Below are positions 18,704-28,115 of a stretch of 64,000 nucleotides of DNA, piece after piece; position 1 is the first letter of the stretch; each line of letters opens with the position of its first letter. Source of the DNA: Candidatus Thorarchaeota archaeon (GTDB taxonomy: Archaea; Asgardarchaeota; Thorarchaeia; Thorarchaeales; Thorarchaeaceae); the NCBI GenBank assembly GCA_038893995.1, contig JAWAQK010000004.1, positions 5,837 through 69,836 on the forward strand. Direction: 5' to 3'. The notes below the pieces were generated by a model, which saw nothing but the letters and a program-made list of their open reading frames with translations, was not told where the DNA came from and ran no database searches. A program made the position numbers and the translations under genes.

Positions 18704-20392
18704 TCAGGGCATGAAGTTCACAAAGAGAGTTGGGCCATTCTTCATGCCGGGGACGTAATTTCTCTCGTAGGGCCCGAAGACGTCGTGCACGCCCGTATTT
18801 ATCATCCACTCGACCCACGACCACGATGCCTCTTGTCCAATCTTCTCCCTGGCATAGCTGCCGTACGTCCAGCTGAGGTAGTTGAGTGCATCCAGTCGGA
18901 GGCCCCTCCTGCCGTCGTCGCTCATCTCTCCGAGACCTGCGTCGAGTGACGAACGCAGTTCCGTCCATCGTGACATGATGAGTTGTTCAGTTTCCTGCAG
19001 GCAGAGATTGATCTCGTCCACATTTCCTGCCTTTCGTGCACGGACCTGTCGCCCAATGATCTTAAAGAGGTCTGTTGTCTGGAGAACCGGTAGGCCTGCC
19101 TCGTTCAATCTCTGCGCCGAGCTCTGACTCCATGGTGTGTTGAAGTAGACTCGCGGATACCTCAGGACTCGCGGAACAGGAAGGCCAAGTTCGCGAATAC
19201 ATGGTAAGACCTGTGCATAGTACGATATCTCTCCCGGTCCGCCAATGTGACAGACTACGGGTAGCATGAAGTCTACGAGTATCTGGCGAGTGTCTACTCT
19301 TGGTGTAAGCATGAGGACATAGTCAGATAGGTCGGGCTGTCTCTCGTCGTACTCGATGCTAATTGTCTGTCCACAGACCGGACACGCCCCAGTGAGAATG
19401 CCCTTTCCCTGCGAATTGCCCTTCCGAATCTGGACCCTGCTCCGATGACAATCTCTCTCAGGGCACTCAAGGAAGAACGGAGAGTAGTCATCTGTCCTCT
19501 GCGGCAGCCCTGCTCTATATCCTGCAGACTCTATTGCCCTCAGGGCCCTATTGCTCTCATTGATGAATCTCACCCGATTTGTCTCAGTCAGGAGGAACTC
19601 CATGCCATCCTGCATCAGCCGTCTGACATCGGGATCAGAGTATGGAATGAGAGGAATTCCGAGGTCTCCAATGATATTGTAGAGGCTTCCCATTATCCTC
19701 TGATGCCAATCGCCCAGGGTGCTTGACTCGAAATACGATGCCCTCACTAGAGCCAGTGCGCTCTCAAGTCTCTCCTGGAAGAGTACTCTTGTCTTTGGCT
19801 CCAGTGTCTTGAACAGAGTCGAGTAGCTGTGCCGGACAGAGTGTTCCACCTGGACATACCACTCTGCATCAGGGAGTGGAAGTGTACCGGCCGGAGAATG
19901 TTCGTAGCCTCTCGGCACGGGAATACTGATCAGGTTCCCCTCTGAGTCTGGTCCAGGTGTCCTCACATTTATGAGCTCCGGCTGAACAACATCATAGTCT
20001 GCCACAAAGAACACAGGCGCCATCTGTCCATTGGCAAAGTCCGCGACTCTCCTTGCGGTTGCTGCCTTGTTCAACATGAACACAGGGCCACCCATACACA
20101 CGGTCTGGTGGGCAGCCTCAACCACACCTGATCCCATGTTGTTGATGCTGACCCTGACCCTCGGTGTCAGTATTCCAATCCGTTGGCTCAGTCTGAGAAG
20201 GACTGACTGTAGCTGTGAGATCCTGCTCTCGTCAAGTGTACCCTGCTGTCCATATGCCTCAAGTACCTGTTCCGCCTCACGAGGCACCGCATCAATCGTG
20301 ATCGGAGGATCGTCGTAGAGGTATCTCGCCAGTTCTGCGTGCTCGCCTCTCCAGATATACGACTGGTAGAGGCCTGCAATACTCTCAGCCAT
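18704..20392 (-). CDS. bshC: BshC-family protein (putative bacillithiol cysteine-adding enzyme) with a 4-Cys insertion
   Basis: 562 aa. The blocks AHQTVCMGGPVFMLNKA, PVFFVADYD and HIGGPGEISYYAQVLP...PVPRVLRYPRV match my memory of BshC-family blocks (GQQxxxxGGPLYxxxK, PVFWxAxEDHD, GGPGEiaYw...P.v.pR). Confidence 0.62.
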   Translation of the reverse strand: MAESIAGLYQSYIWRGEHAELARYLYDDPPITIDAVPREAEQVLEAYGQQGTLDESRISQLQSVLLRLSQRIGILTPRVRVSINNMGSGVVEAAHQTVCMGGPVFMLNKAATARRVADFANGQMAPVFFVADYDVVQPELINVRTPGPDSEGNLISIPVPRGYEHSPAGTLPLPDAEWYVQVEHSVRHSYSTLFKTLEPKTRVLFQERLESALALVRASYFESSTLGDWHQRIMGSLYNIIGDLGIPLIPYSDPDVRRLMQDGMEFLLTETNRVRFINESNRALRAIESAGYRAGLPQRTDDYSPFFLECPERDCHRSRVQIRKGNSQGKGILTGACPVCGQTISIEYDERQPDLSDYVLMLTPRVDTRQILVDFMLPVVCHIGGPGEISYYAQVLPCIRELGLPVPRVLRYPRVYFNTPWSQSSAQRLNEAGLPVLQTTDLFKIIGRQVRARKAGNVDEINLCLQETEQLIMSRWTELRSSLDAGLGEMSDDGRRGLRLDALNYLSWTYGSYAREKIGQEASWSWVEWMINTGVHDVFGPYERNYVPGMKNGPTLFVNFMP

Positions 20393-20404
20393 TCCCTGTC
20401 TCCC

Positions 20405-21574
20405 TCAGCCATTCAGTGCGCTCCTGAGTACCTTCTCGTACCTTGGAACAATCACTTCGGGTGTGAACCCGTCCAATACTCTCCTTCTACCTGCCTTTCC
20501 GAGTCGAGCCCTGAGCCGGTCATCAGTAAGTAGACGAATGACCCCCTCTGCAAGCTCCTCCGTTTCAAATGTCTCGGTGACAATTCCGTCTATCCCGGGC
20601 CTGACCAACTCGGGTACCCCCCCTGCCGGTGTGGTCACGACGGGAAGCTCGCAGGCCATTGCCTCCAGCAGGACAAGAGGCATTCCTTCCAGATTGGAAT
20701 TGAGGACAAAGAGGTCTGCTGACGACATCAGCTCGTTCACATTCGTCCTCACACCGATAAGATGTACTCTATTGCAGAGCCTATGTTGTTCGATCCTCCG
20801 CTCGACCTCTGTCCTTGTGGGCCCATCGCCTACCAGCAACAGCCTTGCTTCGGGAACATTATCCACAACCAGTCGCATGGCATCGATCAGTTCTACTACC
20901 CTCTTCACCCTCCTGAAGTTTGAGACGTGCAGCAATATCCTGTCCTTCCGTGAGACAGTATGATCCCGTCTCTCTCTCATCACTGGGCATCCGTCCTCTA
21001 CAACAAGTTCGACCCTCGATGTGCGACGGAAGACCTTCGGGTCGATGAAGTTTGGAATGACCTCAATCTCTCTCTCTACGCCGAGTTTCTCAATGGCCAT
21101 TTTCCTGAGGAAATCCGCAACTGTCGTCACTCTGTCTGCCTCACGTATGGTGTGCTTCACGACTGGCATGTAGGCGGGATTGGCCCCCAGCATATGTACG
21201 TCGCTGCCATGTAGTGTGAGGACGTACGGCACTCCCGTGATCTCTCTTGCAACATGCGCTGACATGGCATGGGGAATCGCGTAGTGGACATGAATCACGT
21301 CGAGTCTGCTCGTATTCGCGACTTCGACCAATTTTGAGCATAATGTGACTGCATATTGAGTTCCAACGTCCTCAAAGAGTGGGTACTCGCCCTGGTCCAC
21401 CAGGTGAACGAACAGGTGCAAGGGACGTTCTTGGGTCAGGCCAAAGGGAGTCCGGTAGGTGATGAAATGTATCTCATGACCCCTCTGGACCATGTGCTCT
21501 CCAAGCCGTGTCGCCAGGTGTCCCGAGCCTCCGACGGATGGGAACAGACTGACACCTATCTTCATATACTTCAC
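20405..21574 (-). CDS. bshA: GT4 glycosyltransferase, BshA-like (N-acetylglucosaminyl-malate synthase candidate)
   Basis: The N-terminus MKIGVSLFPSVGGSGHLATRLGEHMVQRGHEIHFITYRTPF is very close to the BshA N-terminal signature. The C-terminal GT-B motif EGMPLVLLEAMACELPVV is present. Confidence 0.72.
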   Translation of the reverse strand: MKYMKIGVSLFPSVGGSGHLATRLGEHMVQRGHEIHFITYRTPFGLTQERPLHLFVHLVDQGEYPLFEDVGTQYAVTLCSKLVEVANTSRLDVIHVHYAIPHAMSAHVAREITGVPYVLTLHGSDVHMLGANPAYMPVVKHTIREADRVTTVADFLRKMAIEKLGVEREIEVIPNFIDPKVFRRTSRVELVVEDGCPVMRERRDHTVSRKDRILLHVSNFRRVKRVVELIDAMRLVVDNVPEARLLLVGDGPTRTEVERRIEQHRLCNRVHLIGVRTNVNELMSSADLFVLNSNLEGMPLVLLEAMACELPVVTTPAGGVPELVRPGIDGIVTETFETEELAEGVIRLLTDDRLRARLGKAGRRRVLDGFTPEVIVPRYEKVLRSALNG

Positions 21575-21618
21575 ATTCCTGAGTCGTACTACAATAGGGT
21601 ACTGACAACGTCTTATGC

Positions 21619-22326
21619 GTGGTGGTCCTGCAAATGGTATCGGAGCATCCTCATGCAGGCTCCGGCGGAGATCGTCCTTCTATCCTGGTCGTCTGCGCCC
21701 ATCCTGACGACGAATGTATCGGTGCAGGGGGAACGGTTGCCAAACATGCCCACCTGGGCTTCCCGGTGCATGTATTGTGTCTGACTGGCAATCCAGAACG
21801 ACATAGAGAACTCTCAGCCTCCTGCAAGACGCTTGGCGTCAGCACGCTACGCGCTATCGAACGCGGCGATCACGACATAGACTGGTCTCTAAGAGCAGTT
21901 GTCGTTGAGGCGATACTGGATGTCCGGCCTGCAGTTGTGATAACACACACTCCTGACGACTACAACCGGGCTCATGAGATGTGTCACAGAGTTGTGGTCG
22001 AGGCTGTCGAGTGGGCCTCACATGTCACACAGTTCCCCAACGCACACAGGACCAGGCAAGTCCTCACGATGGAGATAAACACACTTCATCCGCATCCAAA
22101 CATACTTGTCGATGTCTCTTCATCTTATGACGTGGCCATCAGTGCCCTCAGCGAACACAAGTCTCAGCTGAGAAAGTCAGACCGATTCTACGAGCGATTC
22201 TATGACGCAAGGACCAGGCTCAGGGGAGTACAGGCTGGATGTGAACGGGCAGAGGCATTTGGCATAGTTCTCCCAACTCACGCCGGCCCGTTCTACACTA
22301 TCAACAGTGTTGATACGCTTCTCTGA
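21619..22326 (+). CDS. bshB: PIG-L/LmbE-family N-acetylglucosaminyl deacetylase, BshB-like
   Basis: ILVVCAHPDDECIGAGGT zinc-site motif and a later HxDH-type region. The start could be ATG 21634 instead of GTG 21619. Confidence 0.68.
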   Translation: MVVLQMVSEHPHAGSGGDRPSILVVCAHPDDECIGAGGTVAKHAHLGFPVHVLCLTGNPERHRELSASCKTLGVSTLRAIERGDHDIDWSLRAVVVEAILDVRPAVVITHTPDDYNRAHEMCHRVVVEAVEWASHVTQFPNAHRTRQVLTMEINTLHPHPNILVDVSSSYDVAISALSEHKSQLRKSDRFYERFYDARTRLRGVQAGCERAEAFGIVLPTHAGPFYTINSVDTLL

Positions 22327-22327
22327 A

Positions 22328-22720
22328 CTACTCCTGCTCCGTCTCTGATCTCTTTCGTCTGGCGGCGAGCAATGCCTTTAGTTCGCCCATCATGCCGCCT
22401 CCAGGAGAGACTGGCTTCGGAGCGGCCGATACTGGTGCCTTCGCGATTGAGGGTGCTGCCTCGGCCGCCAGTGATGGTCCTCCTTCTGCAGGCGTCGGGG
22501 TGACTCCCCTTGCGATCCTGGACTCGAGAGAGCTGATCTTTGACTCGAGGCTATTCACCTGATTCTGGAGTGAGCTTATGTTCCCCTCAAGGACCCCGAT
22601 TGCCTCTACCAGCTTGTGAGTAATTGTACTGACGACCTCTCCAAGCCCCCTGAGCTTCTCCTCTGTAGGATCCTTGAGTGCCCACTCAAACTCTTCCATG
22701 ATGAAGTCATCGTCGCCCAT
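22328..22720 (-). CDS. Hypothetical coiled-coil protein with a Pro/Ala-rich linker
   Basis: 130 aa. Heptad segment SSLQNQVNSLESKISSLESRI, a low-complexity PA-rich region, and a basic C-terminus. Confidence 0.4.
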   Translation of the reverse strand: MGDDDFIMEEFEWALKDPTEEKLRGLGEVVSTITHKLVEAIGVLEGNISSLQNQVNSLESKISSLESRIARGVTPTPAEGGPSLAAEAAPSIAKAPVSAAPKPVSPGGGMMGELKALLAARRKRSETEQE

Positions 22721-22751
22721 GGATACGTCCCGCTAAGACTTCCTCGATACG

Positions 22752-24146
22752 CTATAAAGGTTGTCTGCGCCGACTTGCAACCTCCACAATTGTGCTCTGG
22801 ACTATTGGCTCGACGGAGTCGAGGATCTGCCTGAGACCGTCCGATGTCTTTGCCTCACAGGTGATTCTAATCACCGGTTCCGTACCCGAGGGTCTCACAA
22901 GTGCCCAACCATTTCTCAACACGATCCCCAGTCCGTCGACCTTGGTGACACTGACTATCTCGGGTACACTGGACGGCAGTCTCCTCTCTAACAACTCCAT
23001 CACGGGACCCTTGATGTGTTCTTCGCAGTTGAGCTTGACCTTGCTCAGGGGGTACACGGGTATGTCAGAGATGAGTTCTCCAAGAGTGCGGCCTGACTCA
23101 GCCATCAGTTCGAGTACCCTGCATACCGCGAGAAACGGTTCGGGTCCAAGGTGAAAATCGGGAAAGATGAAGACTCCGCAGGCCTCTCCTCCGAAGCATG
23201 CACCAGACTCCTGGATCTTCATGGCCACCTGAATGTCGCCAACGGGTGTGCGTATTGTCGCCCCACCACTCTTTGAGACAGTGTCATCGAGTACCTGTGA
23301 GCTATCGACAGTCGTGACGACTGTCTTGGACGTGCAATCGCGAATCATCTCTCGCGCAAGGAGGGCAATGATCCGGTCTCCTCGTATGACCTCTCCAGTC
23401 TCTGACACGAAGACGACCCGGTCTGAATCGCCATCATGTGCCACACCCAGCGCGGCCCCACTCTGTCTTACCATAGTGACAAGGTCAGCAAGGGACTCTT
23501 CGTCCGGCTCCGATCTTCTGCCCGGAAAGTGCCCATCGAGCTGGCCGTTGATACTCAGGACTTTACATCCAAGCTTACGCAGCAGGTACGGGGTCATGAG
23601 AGTACCAACACCATTACCGGGGTCGACCACCACCTTGAACCCCATGGATGCCACAAGACCAACGTCACAACGGTCTAGGATCGCCGTCATGTGTCTGGAA
23701 ACTGCATGGTCAATCTGGGTGTCCTTTCCCAGCCGGTCCCACGTCTGGCGCTTGAACTCTCTGCGCTGCAGTATGTCCTCTATCCGCCGTTCCTGCTCGG
23801 GTGTGTAGCCCATGCCATCGGACCGCCAGAACTTGACCCCTGTGTACTCCGGTGGATTATGCGACGCAGTCACTATGACTCCTGCAGCGTATCGATCAAC
23901 TCCGGTCATGAATGCCAGAGTCGGTGTCGGTATCGTGCCCGCACGCACAACATCGACACCTGTTGACATCACGCCGGCAGCAAATGCATCTGCAATCATT
24001 CTCCCCGTCGTTCGGGCATCTTGCGCAAGTAGGATCTTCCCCTCACCAAGATAGGTCCCGAGAGCCATACCGAGGTCCAGCGCGAGATCCAGGGTGAACT
24101 CTGTCCCGTAGACCTTTCTCACTCCTGTCGTTCCAAAGAGGGACAC
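22752..24146 (-). CDS. glmM: Phosphoglucosamine mutase / phosphohexomutase
   Basis: Active-site TASHNPPEYTGVKF, metal-site HDGDSDR, and the sugar loop. I prefer GTG 24146 (VSLFGTTGVR), which is preceded by GGTGGTGA, over the track start at 24209. Confidence 0.85.
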   Translation of the reverse strand: MSLFGTTGVRKVYGTEFTLDLALDLGMALGTYLGEGKILLAQDARTTGRMIADAFAAGVMSTGVDVVRAGTIPTPTLAFMTGVDRYAAGVIVTASHNPPEYTGVKFWRSDGMGYTPEQERRIEDILQRREFKRQTWDRLGKDTQIDHAVSRHMTAILDRCDVGLVASMGFKVVVDPGNGVGTLMTPYLLRKLGCKVLSINGQLDGHFPGRRSEPDEESLADLVTMVRQSGAALGVAHDGDSDRVVFVSETGEVIRGDRIIALLAREMIRDCTSKTVVTTVDSSQVLDDTVSKSGGATIRTPVGDIQVAMKIQESGACFGGEACGVFIFPDFHLGPEPFLAVCRVLELMAESGRTLGELISDIPVYPLSKVKLNCEEHIKGPVMELLERRLPSSVPEIVSVTKVDGLGIVLRNGWALVRPSGTEPVIRITCEAKTSDGLRQILDSVEPIVQSTIVEVASRRRQPL

Positions 24147-24341
24147 CTTCTCACCACCAGACCCTGTTCTGTGGTAGATGAAAAATGTAATGCTCTGAGG
24201 GGGGAACACTCTTGAACTCCGGTCAGTCGAGTGACCTCTGGAATCCTGATACTGGTCCGAGAAAGCTTATTAGGCCCGCATGAGCTACTCGCCAACCGAT
24301 TACTGGCGGTCAAGACGATACTGGAGAGTCTGGAATGGCAG

Positions 24342-24890
24342 ATGAGTAGTACGTATGATTATCTATTCAAGACGGTTGTTCTGGGGGAGGGTGCTGTCGG
24401 AAAGACTGCGATAGTCACCAGATTCTCGCATGGTTTCTTCAGGACTGACTACAAGACCACGATCGGGTCCCAGTTTGCAGTGAAGAGCATCGATGTCTTC
24501 ACTAAGAGCGGAAATCGTGTCACTGTAAAGCTTCAGATATGGGATGTGGCTGGTCAGTCCCGTTTTCAGATACTCAGACCGATGTATTATCGGGGATCCA
24601 GCGGCGGTCTGCTAGTCTATGATGTCACCAGAAGGCGTACGTTCCTAGTGCTCGACGAGTGGCTCGAGGAACTGAGGAAGTCAGTCAACAAGGACATTCC
24701 TCTCGTATTGGTCGCAAACAAGATAGACCTCCCCGACAGAGTGGTGACTGCAGCAGAGGGCAAGAAGTATGCCGAGGAGCACGGGATGCCCTACGTGGAG
24801 TCTAGTGCCAAGAGCGGAGAGGGTATTCTGGACGTATTCGAGAGTCTTGCGAAGACACTGATTGAGGCTCGAGAGGCTGGACGCGCTTAG
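24342..24890 (+). CDS. Rab/Ras-family small GTPase (eukaryote-like, no C-terminal prenylation Cys)
   Basis: YDYLFKTVVLGEGAVGKT (G1), YKTTIG (switch I), WDVAGQSRF (G3), NKID (G4), SSAKSG (G5). Internal ATG 24342 chosen; the 37 upstream residues in the track ORF look spurious. Confidence 0.85.
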   Translation: MSSTYDYLFKTVVLGEGAVGKTAIVTRFSHGFFRTDYKTTIGSQFAVKSIDVFTKSGNRVTVKLQIWDVAGQSRFQILRPMYYRGSSGGLLVYDVTRRRTFLVLDEWLEELRKSVNKDIPLVLVANKIDLPDRVVTAAEGKKYAEEHGMPYVESSAKSGEGILDVFESLAKTLIEAREAGRA

Positions 24891-24935
24891 CCACGCTGTC
24901 CGGGCCCAGATCGTCATTGGTCCTATCGGCTGGGA

Positions 24936-25523
24936 GTGTTCATGACCAAGCCGGACGAGTACTTCCCTGTCAACACAATTCCTGCTCTCTCATGGGCATT
25001 TGAGTTGTATCTGAAGAACAACGGCAGGTTCAAGGATGCTCCTGTTGTCGAACTCATACTTCAGGCTGGACAACATCGCGAATTGCTCAGCAAGAAGGGT
25101 GGCCACGAGATCATCGTGTGGATATCGAGGCGTCGCATCTACGTCCGGGCAAGATGCCTCGAGGACAAGGACTGTGAGTTCAATGTGGACAGGATTGACG
25201 GACGAGACCGAGAGGCCCTGAAGAAGCTGGCGTGGGACAAGATAGACGCGCGCAGATTCTTTGTGATGCTCCGCAAGTGGATAATGCGGCTCGACCTCGA
25301 CAATATACTGTTCATAAGGGCGCTCAACACAGTGTGCGATCACAAGGTGAGGATCCCATTGACCACGCAGTATGGGCGAACATTCGAGAAGTTTGATGAA
25401 TACCGACGCAATCGATGGCCCGAGGATGTCACCCCTGACGATATGGACCGCTTCATCGAGGAGTTGCTGATGCGGGTGTCATTCTGGTTCCAGAGCGCGG
25501 CAGCGGTTGGAGCGCTCGTCTGA
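24936..25523 (+). CDS. Hypothetical protein downstream of the small GTPase
   Basis: 195-aa ORF (GTG 24936 or ATG 24942), 45 nt after the GTPase stop on the same strand. No family recognised. Confidence 0.5.
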   Translation: MFMTKPDEYFPVNTIPALSWAFELYLKNNGRFKDAPVVELILQAGQHRELLSKKGGHEIIVWISRRRIYVRARCLEDKDCEFNVDRIDGRDREALKKLAWDKIDARRFFVMLRKWIMRLDLDNILFIRALNTVCDHKVRIPLTTQYGRTFEKFDEYRRNRWPEDVTPDDMDRFIEELLMRVSFWFQSAAAVGALV

Positions 25524-25536
25524 GGTGTGATGATGG

Positions 25537-26670
25537 ATGAAGATCGGTCTACTGGTCAATCCCATTGCCGGAATGGGTGGCCGTGTTGGCCTGAAGGGTA
25601 CGGATGGCGTATACGAGAGGGCAGTCAAGTTGGGTGCTGTACCTGTGGCACCCCAGAGAGCACAGGAGTTCCTCACATCACTGAAGCAGCTCTACACTCA
25701 TCTTGAGAGGGTCCCCCCGGCGATCGTGACGTGTCCGTCCATCATGGGTCAGTCCGAGGTAGAATCAGTGGGTCTTCACCATGAAACTATCGATGTTCAG
25801 ATTGGCAATCCGACCTCGTCAGAAGACACAAGACGTTGTGTCAATGCTCTCTATCAGGCAGGCGTGCGCCTCTTGGTGTTCGTAGGAGGAGACGGGACTG
25901 CAAGAGACATTGTTGACGCCGTGCAGACCAACAGGCTGGACGATCTCTCAGTGATTGGCGTGCCCTCAGGAGTCAAGATGTACAGTGGTGTCTTCGTCGT
26001 CAATCCAGCGGTTGCAGCAGATGTAGTTCGACTGGTGGACGAGGGGATGACAACAACCACCGACTTCGAGGTGATGGACGCCGATGAACAGTCATTCAGG
26101 GAGGACCAGTTCGTGGTTCGCCTCTATGGCTTTCTCAGGGGGCCACTTGTACCAGCACGATTTCAGGGTGCGAAACAGGTCAGCCCCGAGACCGTGGACG
26201 AGAGGGAGGCTCAGGAGGCCATCGCACGATATGTCGTAGAGCGGATGGTCGATGGCGACTGGTACATACTGGGTCCGGGTACCACTGTGAGAGCTGTGGC
26301 GGACCTGCTCGGCATCAGGAAGACCGTACTTGGCGTTGACCTATATCAACGGGGAAAGGTGTACAACGACGTCAATGAGTCTCAGATACTCCAGCTTGTG
26401 TCAGACTTCTCTCGGGCGTGGATCATGGTATCTCCCATTGGTCATCAGGGCATGCTGTTTGGACGAGGAAACCAACAGATCAGTCCTGCCATCATCGAAC
26501 GCGTTGGTCGCGATCATATAGTCGTCATGATGACTGCGGCCAAGCTACGAGGTATTTCGGGGGATCATATCTGTGTCGATACCGGCGATCCCAGAGTGGA
26601 TGAGATGCTGAGGGGATACATTCGGGTCATCACGGACTATGCTGAGATAAGACTGGTCAGGGTGGAATAG
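25537..26670 (+). CDS. ATP-NAD kinase-like family protein (COG3199-type)
   Basis: MKIGLLVNPIAGMGGRVGLKGTDG N-terminus and VGGDGTARDI motif. Confidence 0.68.
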   Translation: MKIGLLVNPIAGMGGRVGLKGTDGVYERAVKLGAVPVAPQRAQEFLTSLKQLYTHLERVPPAIVTCPSIMGQSEVESVGLHHETIDVQIGNPTSSEDTRRCVNALYQAGVRLLVFVGGDGTARDIVDAVQTNRLDDLSVIGVPSGVKMYSGVFVVNPAVAADVVRLVDEGMTTTTDFEVMDADEQSFREDQFVVRLYGFLRGPLVPARFQGAKQVSPETVDEREAQEAIARYVVERMVDGDWYILGPGTTVRAVADLLGIRKTVLGVDLYQRGKVYNDVNESQILQLVSDFSRAWIMVSPIGHQGMLFGRGNQQISPAIIERVGRDHIVVMMTAAKLRGISGDHICVDTGDPRVDEMLRGYIRVITDYAEIRLVRVE

Positions 26671-26676
26671 GACCAT

Positions 26677-27441
26677 ATGAGCAAGACCTGCGATAGCTCC
26701 AGACCAGTGATCCTGATGACTGACTTCGGGGAGTCTGAGTATGTCGGCATGATGAGGGGCGTGATACGAAGTCTATGTCCGTCAGCCGAGATCCTCGACC
26801 TCACACATTCGATAACACCTCAGTCAGTAACTGAGGGTGCATGGGTGCTACTCAAGTCGTACAGATTCTTCCCCGTAGGGAGCCTGTTCGTCGCAGTGGT
26901 CGATCCTGGCGTGGGTAGTGCAAGAGACGCCGTGATCGTCAGGACAAGGGAGTACACCTTTCTCGGTCCGGACAACGGTCTCCTGTATCCCACTGCAACA
27001 GAGAACGGACTAGAGGCTGTCTACAGCATCATTGTACCCACCTCTGTGTCCAAGACGTTTCACGGTCGAGACGTCTTTGCTGTTGCTGCAGGCAGACTGT
27101 CCGCAGGGGCTCCGATTGACACGCTGGGGGTCAGGAAGGGATCTCTTGACGTCCCTCTGATTTTCCATCTCGAGGGTCCAGAGGGTCAAGTCGTGCGCAT
27201 TGACCGTTTTGGGAATGTCATCACCAATATTCCTCCGACCGACCGATCCGAGGTCGAGCTGGTGATTCATGGTCAGAGTCGAAGACTGAGAGTTGTCGAT
27301 AACTATGCAGCCGGAAGTGACTCCGAGCTTCTGGTGGTCATAGGAAGCGCAGGAACCCTGGAAATAGCCGTCAAGAATGGTCGGGCTGCTGAGCTACTAC
27401 AGGTCCAGGCCGGCGACATCGTGATGATCAGACCGCTGTGA
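26677..27441 (+). CDS. SAM hydroxide adenosyltransferase family (DUF62, SalL/FlA-like)
   Basis: LMTDFG, DLTH, VAVVDPGVGS, FLGPDNGLL and FHGRDVFA motifs. Confidence 0.82.
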   Translation: MSKTCDSSRPVILMTDFGESEYVGMMRGVIRSLCPSAEILDLTHSITPQSVTEGAWVLLKSYRFFPVGSLFVAVVDPGVGSARDAVIVRTREYTFLGPDNGLLYPTATENGLEAVYSIIVPTSVSKTFHGRDVFAVAAGRLSAGAPIDTLGVRKGSLDVPLIFHLEGPEGQVVRIDRFGNVITNIPPTDRSEVELVIHGQSRRLRVVDNYAAGSDSELLVVIGSAGTLEIAVKNGRAAELLQVQAGDIVMIRPL

Positions 27442-27539
27442 TGTACACAGTCATTGATCTCCGTGCTGAAGTAATGAGACCCTAGCCACTACACACATAT
27501 TGGCATATGGTACGTCAATGATGGAGGCGACCATCCATC

Positions 27540-28115
27540 ATGGATCGAGAGCAGACCGGACTCACATACGTGATATTCCCGACGGAGATGGGACACTGCG
27601 GAGCAGTATTCAGGAAGGAACGGGGCCGTCCACTGGCAGTCCGCGTATATCTACCGGCACCTCCTGACATGGTTGTTGCATCCATAAGACGTGAGTTCCC
27701 GGACGCAGAGGAGAACACGGGCCCACTGCCCGAACTCTGTCATCTCATCCAGAGGTATCTTCGTGGAGAAGACCTAGAGTTTCCCCTCGAACTGATTGAC
27801 CTCTCAGTGGTTGGACCATTCCAGCGTGCGGTCCTCCTTGTCGACCGTGAGATCCCTAGGGGCATGGTCGCGTCGTACGCCTGGGTCGCAGGTAGACTTG
27901 GCAATCAAGGCTCACGGGCAGTCGGAAATGCACAGGCGAGGAATCCCTTTCCTATCGTAGTGCCCTGTCACAGGGTCATACGGTCTGATGGGACACTCGG
28001 TGGTTTCGGCGGAGGTCCAGACATGAAGAAGAGGTTGCTACGTCTTGAGGGCGTCTACATTGATGAACATGGTCACGTGTCGCCGCCGCAGATCATCCGT
28101 CACTACGAGAACTGA
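27540..28115 (+). CDS. ogt: Methylated-DNA--protein-cysteine methyltransferase
   Basis: Active-site PCHRVI, preceded by the helix-turn-helix SYAWVAGRLGNQGSRAVGNA. Confidence 0.85.
   Translation: MDREQTGLTYVIFPTEMGHCGAVFRKERGRPLAVRVYLPAPPDMVVASIRREFPDAEENTGPLPELCHLIQRYLRGEDLEFPLELIDLSVVGPFQRAVLLVDREIPRGMVASYAWVAGRLGNQGSRAVGNAQARNPFPIVVPCHRVIRSDGTLGGFGGGPDMKKRLLRLEGVYIDEHGHVSPPQIIRHYEN

Noticed and set aside
20405-22326. Interpreting the GT4 + PIG-L pair as mycothiol (MshA/MshB) or GlcN-inositol-lipid biosynthesis
   Set aside because: The adjacent 562-aa protein carries BshC-family blocks and the GT4 N-terminus matches the BshA signature. No MshC/MshD or inositol-phosphate synthase genes are nearby. 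This is not fully excluded without phylogeny.
24231-24341. 5' extension of the small GTPase ORF
   Set aside because: Rab/Ras proteins begin a few residues before the P-loop. The extension has no GTPase-like sequence and would eliminate the promoter spacer shared with glmM.
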